Shown here: piece after piece, positions 20,136 through 33,315 of the stretch | Layout: every line of letters starts with the position of its first letter | Position numbering within the stretch: the stretch's first letter is position 1 | Position numbers and translations under genes: made by a program | Notes under the pieces: generated by a model | Database searches by the model: none | Told to the model about the DNA's origin: nothing | Seen by the model: the letters and a program-made list of their open reading frames with translations, nothing else | Assembly: GCF_009914755.1 (NCBI RefSeq) | Contig: NC_060945.1 | Source: the human T2T-CHM13v2.0 reference genome, Homo sapiens | Length of the DNA stretch: 64,000 bases | Strand: one strand, 5' to 3'

Positions 20136-20479
20136 TTAAGTACATTTTATTATCATCACTGAAAGTACAGGTGGTAACATAGAGGGTTATCAGCCAACTT
20201 CACTTTTGGGGAATGGGAGAAATGCTGACTCTCTCCAAGCATGTTGGGTGTCTAGTGGTTGAAGCCATTTGCCAAGATTGTCACCCTAGGATCCACTCCC
20301 ACCAAACCTGGGCTTTTCACTTTCAACCCAGCAACTGAAAATGCCAGTTCAAACAACTTGCTGTTTTTTTCTACCCCACTTGCTTTTAGAGTTCCTTCTG
20401 CCTGTTTTATTGGCTCCATATAACCTGAATACCACTTATTTCTTAAAGCATAGCTCAGATGCTATTTTAAAAGGAGCCC

Positions 20480-20925
20480 AGGATAGTGGCTGATTTGATA
20501 GAATCTATACCCAGATTACCCAGGGTCAAGTCCCAGCTCTGGTACCTGCGGCCTTTAAAACCACGAAAAAATTACTTTAATCTCTGTGTCTCCATTTCCT
20601 CATTTGTGAAATGGTTATCATTATAGCACGTCCCTTACAGCCTTGTTATGAGACTTAGGCAATAGCCACTAGTGCTTAGAACAAAGCTATTTTTGTAACT
20701 TTCTCCAGGAACACTTCCCTTAACAGAACCAACCCCTCCACCCCTCAGTTTGTTCTTCCCTCCACACCCTCTAACATTCTAACATAACCACAAAGAGTCC
20801 TGATGGGATTTGGAGTTACACTGCCTGGGTTCGAATCTCAATTCCGCCACTGCCATTCGCGCGTTTTCTATTGCCAGCCACCTTACTCTCCCCTGGCCTC
20901 AGTTTCCTCATCCTTAGAAGGGGAG
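20480..20925 (+). mobile_element. MIR fragments
   Basis: ctgggttcgaatc...cctcagtttcctcatc MIR core. Confidence 0.6.
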
Positions 20926-21249
20926 CAGAGCACATGGTGGTAACTCCCTGCACATTCCTCTCTTTCCTTGTATTGGGTGCCCAGTTTGTGCCCTCACATG
21001 GCGCTAGCACTGAGTGGGCTCAAACTCTGTACGCGTTTACTAAGCATATTGACTGAAGAAATCTGGAAACCTAGTACCGCGGCACCATATCGTTACCCCA
21101 AAGGAAAATGCATGCACGCTGTCAGAGATGACGAACACTGCGTCTGGAAACTTCTTAAGGGCACCCACGTGTCCTCAGCTGCAGACAGCAGCGAGGAGAC
21201 ACCCAGGGAATTCGAGACAGCGGAAGGCGGAAGGGTCCCGCAACAACCC

Positions 21250-22220
21250 ACCCTCCAGCTCAGGTGAGTTCAGAGTGAGAACGCACCGCCAGGCTTGGAC
21301 AAAGGCACCCGGCCTACACCCCAGCGGCTCCCCGCCGGGGCCTACGTGGACTTCAGCCTCCAGCCACAGGGACAAGAGCTGCTGGCCAGGGCTGCCCGCC
21401 TGGGCTCACTGCGCCTGCGCAGTGAGCAGCGCGCCCCAGGTCTTCTGCCCGGGCCCACTGCGCCTGCGCACGGAGTAGTGCACTCTCGTCGGCGGCACCG
21501 GCCCACTGCGCCTGAGCACGTAGCGGTGCATTTCGGGACGTGTAGTTTTCCCCGGCAGGACGGTAGAAGTCGTGGTTTGTGCGCGGCCAGGCGCTGGAGC
21601 CTCCGCTGCCGGGAGCAGTAAGTGTGTGACGTCGGGGTAGAAGGGAGTGACCCAAATTCCAAAAGCTCTTTGGGATGCTGCGATGTCGCGGCCGGCCCCG
21701 CGCTCGGGTTTTCCCTCCTAGACAAAAGTCTGCCGGCTCCCGGTCGCGCCGGGTCGGGGATCCGGAAGGTGAAGGCCGCCAGGCCCCACCTGCGGGGCGC
21801 CCCTGCTGGACCTGGCCGTCGGGCGCCGTCAACCCGTTGAGCAGCGTGTTCCGGCTGGCACGTGGCCCGGGCGGGGCCCAGGATTGGTTCAAGCCTACGG
21901 TGTTGGTCCCCGGAGAGTCTAGGGAGACAAGCAATCCCCTGGAATGGTGGGGGAAGCGATGACAGCCCCTGGTCCTCATCCGCAGCTCTGGGGGAAGTCG
22001 GGGGGTGGGGAGGGCGGGTGTTGCTCCCTGAGTGTTGGGGGAAGGGTATGGGGAGAGGACCCTGAACTAGCCCCCAGGTTACCCAGGAGGAGCTGAGGCC
22101 CAGAGAGGTTCAGCGACTCGCCCAGGGTTGCACAGCGAGCACAGGCACCGACGTCGCCCTCCGAGGCCTGGGCTTCCAGCAGGGAGAGACCCGGACACCT
22201 GTCATCGCTTCTCGGTGGAT
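21250..22220. promoter_or_regulatory. SMIM11: CpG island / SMIM11 promoter with three NRF1-type sites (21410, 21459, 21507) and a ZNF143/THAP11-type SBS motif (21527-21547)
   Basis: GC- and CpG-rich; TGCGCCTGCGCA twice plus TGCGCCTGAGCA; reverse strand AACTACACGTCCCGAAATGCA. Confidence 0.85.
21550..21617 (+). other. SMIM11: SMIM11 non-coding exon 1 (5' end approximate)
   Basis: Donor GCA|GTAAGT at 21618 just downstream of the promoter motifs. Confidence 0.7.
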
Positions 22221-23154
22221 CCCTGAAATGTTGAGTTGTGGAGTCTGGGCAGCTGAGATCGGGCAGGGCTGGTTTCTTGTAGGCCCAGGCTTCCGTGTAG
22301 AGGGCCAAGTGATGCCCAAGGTTCACCTGGCAGCCCCCTCTCTGGACCTACCCCTCCTTATGATTGGGTGAAGGGTTGGGTGAAAAGGGTAGAGGCCGGG
22401 AATGAGAACAGCTTCAGAAAGCTCAGACAAAGGGCGCAGCATGATTCGTGGCTGGAAGGAGACAGCAAGCGATAGACTGATCCTTGAATTTGTTAGTGTG
22501 CCAAGAAGAAAAAGTATTAATAGATTGTGGACGACACATTATCCATATTGCTTTAGTTGGTCTAACCAAAATAAGCGAATAGCTTTTTTGTTTCTAAGAG
22601 AAACCTGACAAAGGAAGACAGGGTATTTTTGCGGTGAAGGAAATAGAAATATTTGGAGTTGTATCTAAGCCACTTGTTACTTTTGTGTTTTAAGCTAAGA
22701 TCATGGATAGGTCCAGGGAAAGTTAAAAATTTCCCGCACTTCTTAGATTTTATGCCCCTCAAAAACATCCCCACCTTGTTGGCTTTTGCAGTTCAACCTT
22801 CAGATACCAGCTCCCTCGTTTCTAATATTGCATTAGGTGTACATATGGCAGCAGAGCAAATAGCTTACTGATACTTTTAGCTTTTTTCTTCTCATTTGCA
22901 AAAGACTCTATGAAAATGGCTGGCTTGGGCATGTAATTGAAGGGAGGTGGGGAAAAGTGGTAATTCAGAGGCAGTGGGTGGGAATGAGCAAAGCATGTCA
23001 GTGTGGTTCACCCTCTTGACTCCCACCTCACCACAGCCCTTCTGCTACAATTGCAGATTGACTCTAAATATGTTTCTTTCCTAAAGAGCTTGAATTTTAT
23101 CACTCCAGGTATGAAGTTGAGGCAGCTGCCAGTATATTTTGGCAGTCAGGTTCT

Positions 23155-23286
23155 GTGATATCAGAGAGGATGGTGAATTGTGAATTCCAGAGTTGCAGAA
23201 TTGTTCTTTAGATTCTGATTTTTTAAATGACAGCACTTTGGTTTGGAGGGTTAATGACTTACCCCAGGTCATATGCCACACCATGG
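23155..23286. repeat. Left arm of a near-perfect inverted repeat (partner 24818-24943)
   Basis: 23155-23243 is the exact reverse complement of 24855-24943 (89 bp); 23259-23286 is the exact reverse complement of 24818-24845 (28 bp). Confidence 0.97.
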
Positions 23287-24817
23287 GTAACACCAAGAGT
23301 AGAGCTCAGATCTCCAGTTGTCCTGGTCCTCAGGCTACTGATCTTTATTCCCTGCCCTGCTATCTTGGAATGACTGCATTTTGCCCTGGATGTCGCTAGC
23401 CTGTATCCTTCAGGTTGGCATGTCCAGTCATGGAAGGAGAGAGATTTAACATAACAACAATGGCTGACATTCAGTGCTTTCTGTGTGCTGGCCATGGTGC
23501 TTAGTGTTTACAGTCTAATCTGCAAGAGAATTTACAGATGGGCAAGTTGAGGCTGAGAGAGGCCAAGTAACTTGTCCAAGGTCACACTGCTAGTGAACAT
23601 AGCACATGTTTTCCAGAGGGCCAGACCACTGGATGTTTTTTCATTCATTTCCTCCTGTAGGATCGTTGGACCTATTTCTCGTTCTTGACTTTGGGAATCA
23701 ATATTCTACGTACATCAATTCACTGGGTATGCAGTTTTGCCTCTGAAAATTTTGAGGGAACAGCCAGACTCATCTACTGTATTTGTATACAACTCAATTA
23801 AAGCAGGAATTGTAAAAATAAAATTTGTAAGATCTTTAACATTTTAATATACAACATTAGCTAATCACTAAGATTACTAGAGATACTCAAAGTGAAAATT
23901 GTAGCAACAGGTTATAACATGTTAGGAGCATATTTCTTTAGGGCAGTCAGAATCTGCTGCTTCTTAAAGACAAGTGGGCCATTTACACATGAAGGTAACA
24001 AGCACATTCAGCCACCATCATTATAGTTAAACAGATCTATGATTTAAATTCCTATCGCTACCTTATCTGACTTTGAAAAAGTCATGGGGAAAACTTGGCT
24101 ACCTTGTGCCAACTGCTAGCTTGTTTTCAAGATATTATAATCTTGAATAGATGGAGGATGAACTTTTTATACTTAGATAGCTTTGTAATTGAAAGTTTGT
24201 ATAAAAACATCTTGCCTGAAGTTCATCTTATCCCCATTCTATCTAAAGGCCTTTGAAATTTTCAGCCACTTTTCTTAATTATGACGGTAAGTACATTTCA
24301 AGAGAAGTGTTTCCCTGACTTTTGAATGCAAAGCTCTCTGCCTGTGTCAGGATGGTGCCGAGGTTAAAGCCCTGGAGCCAGACTGGATGGGTTCGAATCC
24401 CAGGCCCACCTGCGAGACCCTCGATGTGTTACTTAAATTTTATTTCCTCCTCTCTAAAGTGGAGGCAGTAAGCTGTTTTATGGGGTAGTTGTGAGGGCTA
24501 AATGTCTTAACTCATCTAAGCACTTTAGCCACTTTTTTCCATCTGACACAAAAAAGTTAAGCTATGATTATTGTGCTATAAAGCATTGGATTTCAGAAGA
24601 AGTAGGGGCACTAAACACCATCTGCTTGACACCTTTCTTCACTTACAGATGGGACTGAAGCTCTAGAGGGAAGTCACTTACCAGAGGGTGTAGGTTCTTC
24701 ATCCAGAGCTGAAGTCTTCTTGGGGTTATGTGTCATATTCTAAGAGTAGGGACCTACAAGGCCTTGGAGCGAATCCCAAGGCTCGGGCTGCCAGCCCTGC
24801 CTTCTCATTTCCATATG

Positions 24818-24943
24818 CCATGGTGTGGCATATGACCTGGGGTAATATCCTCTGAACCAAAGTGCTGTCATTTAAAAAATCAGAATCTAAAGAACAATTC
24901 TGCAACTCTGGAATTCACAATTCACCATCCTCTCTGATATCAC
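24818..24943. repeat. Right arm of the inverted repeat
   Basis: As above; also seen as the identical peptide LSFKKSESKEQFCNSGIHNSPSSLIS in opposite-strand ORFs. Confidence 0.97.
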
Positions 24944-25554
24944 TTCCTTCCCTACCTTCTACTAGGTCTCCCTCAAGCTTTAGAGAAAATTCTGCCTCTG
25001 AATTATTGCATCTGACAATTTTTCTGCCCTGTCACTTATTCCCTTGCTCCCAGATAATCTTCGAAAAACCAAGATGAGTTTAATTAACACTCAGAGGACT
25101 TGACAAAGACACTCACTCCCAAACCAGCTTGCGTTTAGGTCTGGAGGCAGGTGGAGGGACAGATTTTAGACTTGGGCCCTTAGGTTCACAGATGAATGGG
25201 ATGGGAGCCCATGTCCCCTCAGAAGCGGCGCTGTGCTGCTGGCGGCTACAGACAGCTGGTGAGGAGAGCTTTCTGCTTAGCAAGGGCCAGGCCCGTCTGG
25301 GCCCTCGCCCAGCCCATCCACTTCCCACCAGTCTCTCAATCGCCTTGTCAGGACACAGCCCACCTCTCTGTGGAGCTCACTTTCTGTTCACATTCCCTCT
25401 CTCCATCAAAGAGACATCTTTCTAAGGTGGTCTGCCCTAGGAACTCCAAATTGACCTGCTTCTTTCTTCCTGCCCAGATCAGACCTTCCAGCTGCCTCTC
25501 ATGTACTTGTCTGTTGGGGGCTTGTGTTGATCAGGAGTGAATTCACAGTCTACC

Positions 25555-25566
25555 ATGAATTGGAAG
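25555..25566 (+). CDS. SMIM11: SMIM11 first coding segment (MNWK) in exon 25478-25566
   Basis: Acceptor tttcttcctgcccag|, context ACCATGA, donor AAG|GTGAGT; phase-0 join to 31531 gives MNWKVLEHVPLLLYIL... Confidence 0.93.
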
Positions 25567-26022
25567 GTGAGTATCGTTTTAAATATTTATGGCTTGGGGT
25601 TTTTTCTTCCTCCTGATTGTGAAAATTCAGAATAACAGTTCTACACCAGTAGCTTGATTAAAAAGAAAAAGTAGGTGAAAGCATAATATTTATGTTTCAT
25701 TTTAAGTTAAAACATAAATGTACATTTATTCGCTGGACTTCTGGAAGAAGGCCAGGCCTTTTCTTCGAGTGTGCATTCACTAACTTCAAATCTTCCTCAC
25801 TTTTCTTACAAAAACTATACCTTTAAAGCTTTACCTGCAATTTTGCATTGTGCTTTCTTTTTTTACACATTTTTTTTGTAGAGATAGGGCTCCACTATGT
25901 TGCCCAGGCTGGTCTTGAACTCCTGGGCTCAAGCAGTCCTCCTGCCTGAGCCTCCCAAAGTGTCGGGATTACAAGAATGAACCACTGTGCTCAGGCCGTT
26001 TTGGTTCCTTTAAAGTAGATGC

Positions 26023-26376
26023 AGTGGACTGAATGTTTGTGTTTCCCCAAGTTCATATGTTGCAACCGTAGTGCCCAGTGTGATGATATTTGGAGTTGGA
26101 GCTTGTAAGAGGTAATTAGGTGATGAGGCTGGAGCCCTAATGTTTGGAATAGTGAGCTTATTAAAAGGGCTCCAGGGAGCTCTCTTACCCTCTTTCTGCC
26201 ATGTTGGGGGTACAACAAGAAGCCAGCCGTCAGCAGCCTGGAAGAGGACTCCGCTAGAACCCCCCTGTACTGCGCCCTGATCCTCAGGCTTTCAGCCTTT
26301 CGAACTGTGACAAGTACCTCTTTAATAAGTCACCCAGTCTGTGGTCCTTTGTTCTAGGAGCTGAATTGACTAAGAC
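26023..26376 (+). mobile_element. ERVL-MaLR LTR (MLT1A/MST-like)
   Basis: tgcagtggactgaatgtttgtgtttcccc start, gactaagaca end. Confidence 0.75.
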
Positions 26377-27399
26377 AGTGGATTAAGATCTTATGAGCAG
26401 TGCATACACAAAATCTTTCCAGTGTTTCATACTCTTTCCTAATCTTTTACAGTTGACTTGCCAACAGCATTTTTTTTCCAACGCAAACTTGAGTCTTTCA
26501 AAGTATTCAACTTAGTTTTCATAAAAACTTTTGCTTTACACAGTCATATTTCACAAGCGTAATGTTTAAATAAGTTATGGAACATAGTATCAAGTACAAC
26601 TTAAATAAACTGCTTGGCGAGTAAACACACCTGACCCCTGTGAAACATTAGATTCAGCTGGTGGGAGCAGAAGTTCAAGGGCAGCCAGAGAGTAGGTCAG
26701 CAATCAGGTTCCACCGAGGGAAAGGAGAATGTCATCTTAAGTCCCGGAAGTCAATAAGGTGAGGTGGAGGTTGTTTAAGAGAGCAGCCACTAAAATATAT
26801 TATAGTCACTTTGCAAAGTCTAATATCAAGCAAAAATCATACATTGTCTCACCATCTAGAAATGGCTACTATTAACAATCTCGGTATATTCATCTTTTTC
26901 TGTATATATGTGTGGCGTGTTTTCATGCATAGGATCTTATTTTACGTGTTTTTTCAATTATTATAAGCATTTTCTTCAAAACATCCAGTGGTTTTCTATT
27001 GCAAGGAGAAACTGGAAAGGTCTGGAAGCAGGATCAGGGAGCCAGGAAGGTAGCTTTCCCATCTTCCCCAGCTGTGTGGGGTGAGGGGCTCGGCAGGCCC
27101 TGCAGGAGGGCTGAGGGCCCAGGAACTTGTGTAAGTTAAAGATGGCAGAGTGAGTGAGCTGTGAAGGGTGGGAAGATATAGAACAGTTTGTTTAGCATGC
27201 CTTGAGGATCAGAGCTCACAGTGGAAAGGTTGGGAAGGAAAGAAGAGGCAGTGAGAGGATGGAGAGGGGAAGGAGCGGAAAGCAGTGTGGGGTGAGGTTT
27301 AGGGAGGTCATTCGCCCACTGCAGTGGCTAAGTCAGTAGAGGAGAGAGGCAGTAACTGGTACTAAGGGCCAGGGTTCAAAGCATTAAACCTCATGCCTC

Positions 27400-27540
27400 A
27401 AGGTGGTGTTTCTCACTCCTGAGCACTAGTTAAGGCAAGGATTTCGAGCCCCACTCCCAGAGTTTCTGATTGGGTAGATCTGGCTGGGGCCTGAGAATTT
27501 GCACTTCTTATAAGTTCCAGGCGGTGCTGGTGCACACTGG
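27400..27540. mobile_element. MER5A-like hAT-Charlie DNA transposon remnant
   Basis: ccccactcccagagtttctgatt...ggggcctgagaatttgcacttct. Confidence 0.7.
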
Positions 27541-27759
27541 TCGAAGGCAATGCGTGGGAAGTTTTCCTCTTTAATTGTAGAGTGACACCAACCCATGTGA
27601 CCACTCGGGCCAGTCTTGCTTGTGACAGTTTTTTCTGCCATCAGGAACAAAGTCTGCCCAAACCTTCCCAGCTTCTGCACCAGGGAAGTGGCTACCAGGG
27701 AGCAGCTTCGTGTTTAAACACAGCCCCATCTCGTGTAGTGTTAGAAAGGAATGGCCGCA

Positions 27760-28195
<436 letters not shown>

Positions 28196-28287
28196 TTAGC
28201 AACAAGTATGGCCTCATTATTTAAAAACTTAGTTATTCCCATTTCACAGATATTGGGGTTTTGTTTTTAAAAATTGATGTAGATCTA

Positions 28288-28565
28288 GGCCAGGCATGGT
28301 GGCTCACCCCTGTAATCCTAGCACTTTGGGAGGCTGAGGTGGGCAGATCACATGAACCCAGGAGTTCAGCACCAGCCTGGGCAACATAGTGGGACCCCAG
28401 CTCTACAAAAAATCAGAAAAAATTAGCTGGGCGTGGTGTCATGTGTCTGTAGTCCCGTCTACTCGGGAGGCTGAGGTGGGAGGATTGCTTGAGCCTGGGA
28501 GGTCAGGGCTGTGGGAAGCCGTGATCATGCCACTGTACTCCAGCCTAGTTGGAGTCTCAAAAAAA
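28288..28565 (+). mobile_element. Alu (J-type)
   Basis: Diverged dimer. Confidence 0.88.
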
Positions 28566-29014
28566 TATTCATATAGATCCAGTCCACCCTGGCAGCATTC
28601 ATTTTCCTCCCTGAAGGTCTGTATGTTTCAAGAGATGTAAGGGGTTTGTTAAAAGGAAATTGGAGGAAGGGGTTTCATACCACTGAAGGTTAGTGCCTAA
28701 GAGAGGGGCAGGAAGGGGGCCCTGGAGCTCTTCGCTTTACCCTGTGAATGTTCTTGACCTCTGCTGCCCTTGTGCTGCGTCCTTCTCAGTCCACACTTCT
28801 GCCTCTTGCCGTGCGTCTCCACTGCCTGTAAAACAAAGTGAACACTGAAGCCTCCCACTAGGGTCCATTGGCTGATGCGTTTCCATTTCCATGGGTTTTC
28901 TAACTTCTGGATGAGAGAGTACATTCCTGCAATTGCTAAAGCTAAGTTTCCTATCTGGATTGTAGACAGCTATGGGCAGTAACATGGGCTTTGTTATATT
29001 AGTAATAGGGCCCC

Positions 29015-29333
<319 letters not shown>

Positions 29334-31530
29334 TCAGAGAGACTGAGAAAGCTGGAAGAGATTAGCTTTTCCCAGTGTGAGTCATTGCCTCAGGTAGCCT
29401 GGAAAATCCTAGCAAACAAAAAGAAGTTTATACAACAACATTCTTTTCATAGCTGGTTTGTATGCATGGCGTCAAACCTTCACCTCTAAAATGTGAACCT
29501 TCAAGAAAACAGGATTTCAGGGTTTACTGGAGGGAGGGGATTAGCCTAGGTCTGAGGGAAGAAGAACCTGGAAATGAAGTCAGTGTTTAAAGCTCCTTAT
29601 ATTTACCAGAGTAAAAAGTTGAAAAGTTTCACTTTTGGAACTTTTTAGTCTTTTGTACTGATGCCAGAGTGATCTTTCTGAAGTGTATGTGTTGTGCTTA
29701 TTCTTTACTGTTAAAACGATATCATGGTTGAAAACTATTAGCTAATTACTGAGTGTTCTTGTGTTCTTACTGTTTTAGTAAAATTAAAACGATTTAAGTA
29801 TTTGCGTCCCTGCCTCCTCCCATGATTTTCATTGTATTTCTATCATATCATGCTATATCCTTCTGCAAATATCCATACATAACCAGTTAAATGATTTCAG
29901 AGGTAGCGAGTCTAGTTGCCTCTGGAAAATTCAGTAGCCAAGCCATAGTGTATTTGCATATTGTAAATGTGAAGTGGATGGGTGTGAGGAATGAATCATA
30001 TATAGTACAGGACAGCGTGATGCTACAGAGTTGGGCTTTGGAGCATTTGGAGCTGGGTCAGGCCCTGCCTCGCTGACTGCTGGCCTCCCCGCCTCTGCAT
30101 TTTCTCGGCTCCACCGCAGTCAGGGCGAGCCATCTGCTCATGGAGGTGGCTAAGGGCAGAAGGGAAAGCCGCATAAGGCACTTTGCATGCCGTGAGTTCC
30201 CAGTCTACAGCAGCTGATGCTACAGCTTCTAAGCGTGAAATCCACATCTAGTTCTGAGTCATAAAGAGTTTCGATACAATCATAGGAACATTCATCTACA
30301 TACACTGTGATTTCATGAATTTCAGTTTGTTGAAAATCAGGCATCAGTGGAAGGGAGACTGGCCCCGGGGTTAGAATGTCCTTCCAACTGGCTCCTCATG
30401 AGGGAGCTGTGGGACCTTCAACCTCTCAACCTCCAGGAGCTCTTCTTTCCTTGCTCATATAACCAGGGGGTTGAGTAGGTCCCCTTGAAAGTTATTTCCA
30501 GCCCCCCGGTTCTGTGAGCATATTGTACACACTAACTAGGTTCAGATCAACTTCGGTTAGACTATTAGAGGGAGGTGCACATGTATCCCCCACAGTGGAA
30601 TCTCATTGGTATTTCATATAATAAGTGATTGACAGAAATAAGGATTTCATTGGGATAAAATCCTACCTGGTCCTCTAAAATAATGATTGCTCAACCAGAG
30701 CATACCTTTTCACTATTTGGGAGGGAATTTTTAATCACACAAAAAGCACATACATATCATTCAGGTCATGCTAACCATGTGTATGGAACTAATATTTGCT
30801 TTGAAGTACTATTTGCAATATATAGAATTTCACACAAAAAACCTACTAGTGCAAAGAGTGAGTAATTCAAATGCATAGTGTTTCCCTAGACTTTATTTTA
30901 GTGAATGGGGTTGCAAGAGCAGTTAGTAAGTAGCCATGTTTTAATGTTTTGAGTTCTGTCGTGTTTTATTTTACCAGCAAGTGCCAGTGCTAGTGAGTCT
31001 CTAGAAACAAGAGAAAATCCCAGAGTACTAAAGCTGCAGTTTCCAGAAGCAAGGTCTGATTCACCCTTACTTTGTAGATGAAGGGGCAGGAGCTCAGAAA
31101 GAAAGGAGCTCATTGCCTGACCCAGGTCACACGGTCAGTCGGTGGTAAAGTAGAGCTCTGACCCAGGCCTCCGGGCTCCAGCTCCTTTCACTGGATCTGG
31201 CTGCTGCCTCAGAAGCAAGGGCCTGGGTGATCAGCAGGTTGCACGGTTGAGCTGTGAGAGACCAGAGTCCCCACGCCTGTGGATGACCGGTGGTCCCCTC
31301 CATGAAGCCAGCCGCAAGCAAGCAGCAAAGAGCAGAGCTGTAACTTGACTGTTGGCCCCATGGGGATAGAGACCTTTTCTGCTTGGTCTCCAGTGTAGCT
31401 CCAGCCCCCTATCCTCGTGCCTGTTGCAGAATAGGTGCTAAGTAAATATTTGTTGACTGAAGGATCATAAAAGAAACCTCCCATATCGGTGATGGAACAT
31501 TTAGTTAGCATGGCTTCTTTCTTCTTGAAG

Positions 31531-31695
31531 GTTCTTGAGCACGTGCCCCTGCTGCTGTATATCTTGGCAGCAAAAACATTAATTCTCTGCCTGACATTTG
31601 CTGGGGTGAAAATGTATCAAAGAAAAAGGTTGGAGGCAAAACAACAAAAACTGGAGGCTGAAAGGAAGAAGCAATCAGAGAAAAAAGATAACTGA
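31531..31695 (+). CDS. SMIM11: SMIM11 main coding exon (small integral membrane protein 11, 58 aa total; aliases C21orf51/FAM165B)
   Basis: Acceptor ctttcttcttgaag|GTT; VLEHVPLLLYILAAKTLILCLTFAGVKMYQRKRLEAKQQKLEAERKKQSEKKDN* is one TM plus a basic coiled tail; donor AG|GTGAGT 2 nt after the TGA. Confidence 0.95.
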   Translation, partial: VLEHVPLLLYILAAKTLILCLTFAGVKMYQRKRLEAKQQKLEAERKKQSEKKDN

Positions 31696-32423
31696 AGGTG
31701 AGTCCACAGTACCCAACCTTGCAAATGGGAGCTGGCCAGTGGGTTGGGGTGACCAATCAATGAACAAGAGAGGTCTGAGACCTCCCTGTCCGTCGGGTCT
31801 GAAGGGCTGCGTGGGGGCATGTGGCCTCACCTGTTCTCTAAGGTAGAACTGCTCCATAAAGGGCCAGGTGTGCAGATCCTGGTCCTGGGATGTGAGTGCT
31901 GCTGAGCCAAGGTGCACGGAGCATTAGTTCATCCTTCTTGAAACCTGCGGTGGCAATGGTTCTTGACAGGTATTGGGTTAAGAATTGAGGACTCAGTGAC
32001 AGCTGTGGACCTTCTTCCCAGAGAAGCACACATACTGAAACCATCTGCATTTGTGTGTGGGGAGAAGTTTGCAGATGTGGGGAGTCACAGGTCATTTGAA
32101 ATTCCAAGATTAAGAAACCCTGTTACCTTTAAGATAAAGTCTGACTCCATGGTATGACAAATAAATCCCTTCCCAGTCTGGTCTTAACCCAGACCTCATT
32201 TGCCACATGTGCCCACTCCCCATCCCCCTGCAGGCCATTCCTCAGCCACCATGGCCTTTGGCCTTGCTTATTAGGTTCTTCCCAAGGACCTCCTCACCAG
32301 GCCTGAGGGTACACTCATCGTTGTCACCCAGTGCCTATCACAGTGCACACTGGTGGGCTTAGAACACACTTGGGGAGTTACAATACATCAAGGCACCAGA
32401 AAGTTCCTGTTAAGCCCCTGTTA

Positions 32424-32855
<432 letters not shown>

Positions 32856-33007
32856 AGGATTCAAATATGGTGGCGGTGGGGTTCTAGATCTGTGGTTCCC
32901 AAACCTAGCTAATGATCAGAATTGCCCAGGTGTTTGTTTAAATGAAGATTCCCAGGCTTCAGCCCAGAGAGATTCCATAATGGCTCTGGTTAGGTTTGGG
33001 TGTTGGT

Positions 33008-33315
33008 TTTTGTTGTTGTTTTTAAGATAGGGGATCCTACTCTGTCATCTAGGCTAGAGCGGTGCAGTGGCACAATCTCGGCTCACTGCAGCCTCAGCCT
33101 CCTGGGCTCAAGCAGTCCTCCCAACTCAGCCTCCCGAGTAGGTAGGACTACAGGAGCACGCCACCACACCCGGCTAGGTTTTTAAAACAATTTTTAGTAG
33201 AGAAGGGGTCTTGCTGTGTTGCCCAGGCTGGTCTTGTACTCCTGGGCTCAAGCGATACTTTCGCCTCAGCCTCCTGAAGTGCTGAGGTTACAGGTGTGAG
33301 CCACTGTGCCCAGCC
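33008..33315 (-). mobile_element. Alu (J-type), inverted relative to 32527-32855
   Basis: Antisense dimer. Confidence 0.9.

Noticed and set aside
21128-22326. Cluster of 100-208-aa ORFs over the CpG island
   Set aside because: GC-rich sequence lacks stops; Pro/Arg/Gly/Ala-biased with no recognisable domains.
31489-31530. MMEHLVSMASFFLK start of the SMIM11 ORF
   Set aside because: Intronic polypyrimidine tract; the real N-terminus MNWK comes from exon 25478-25566.
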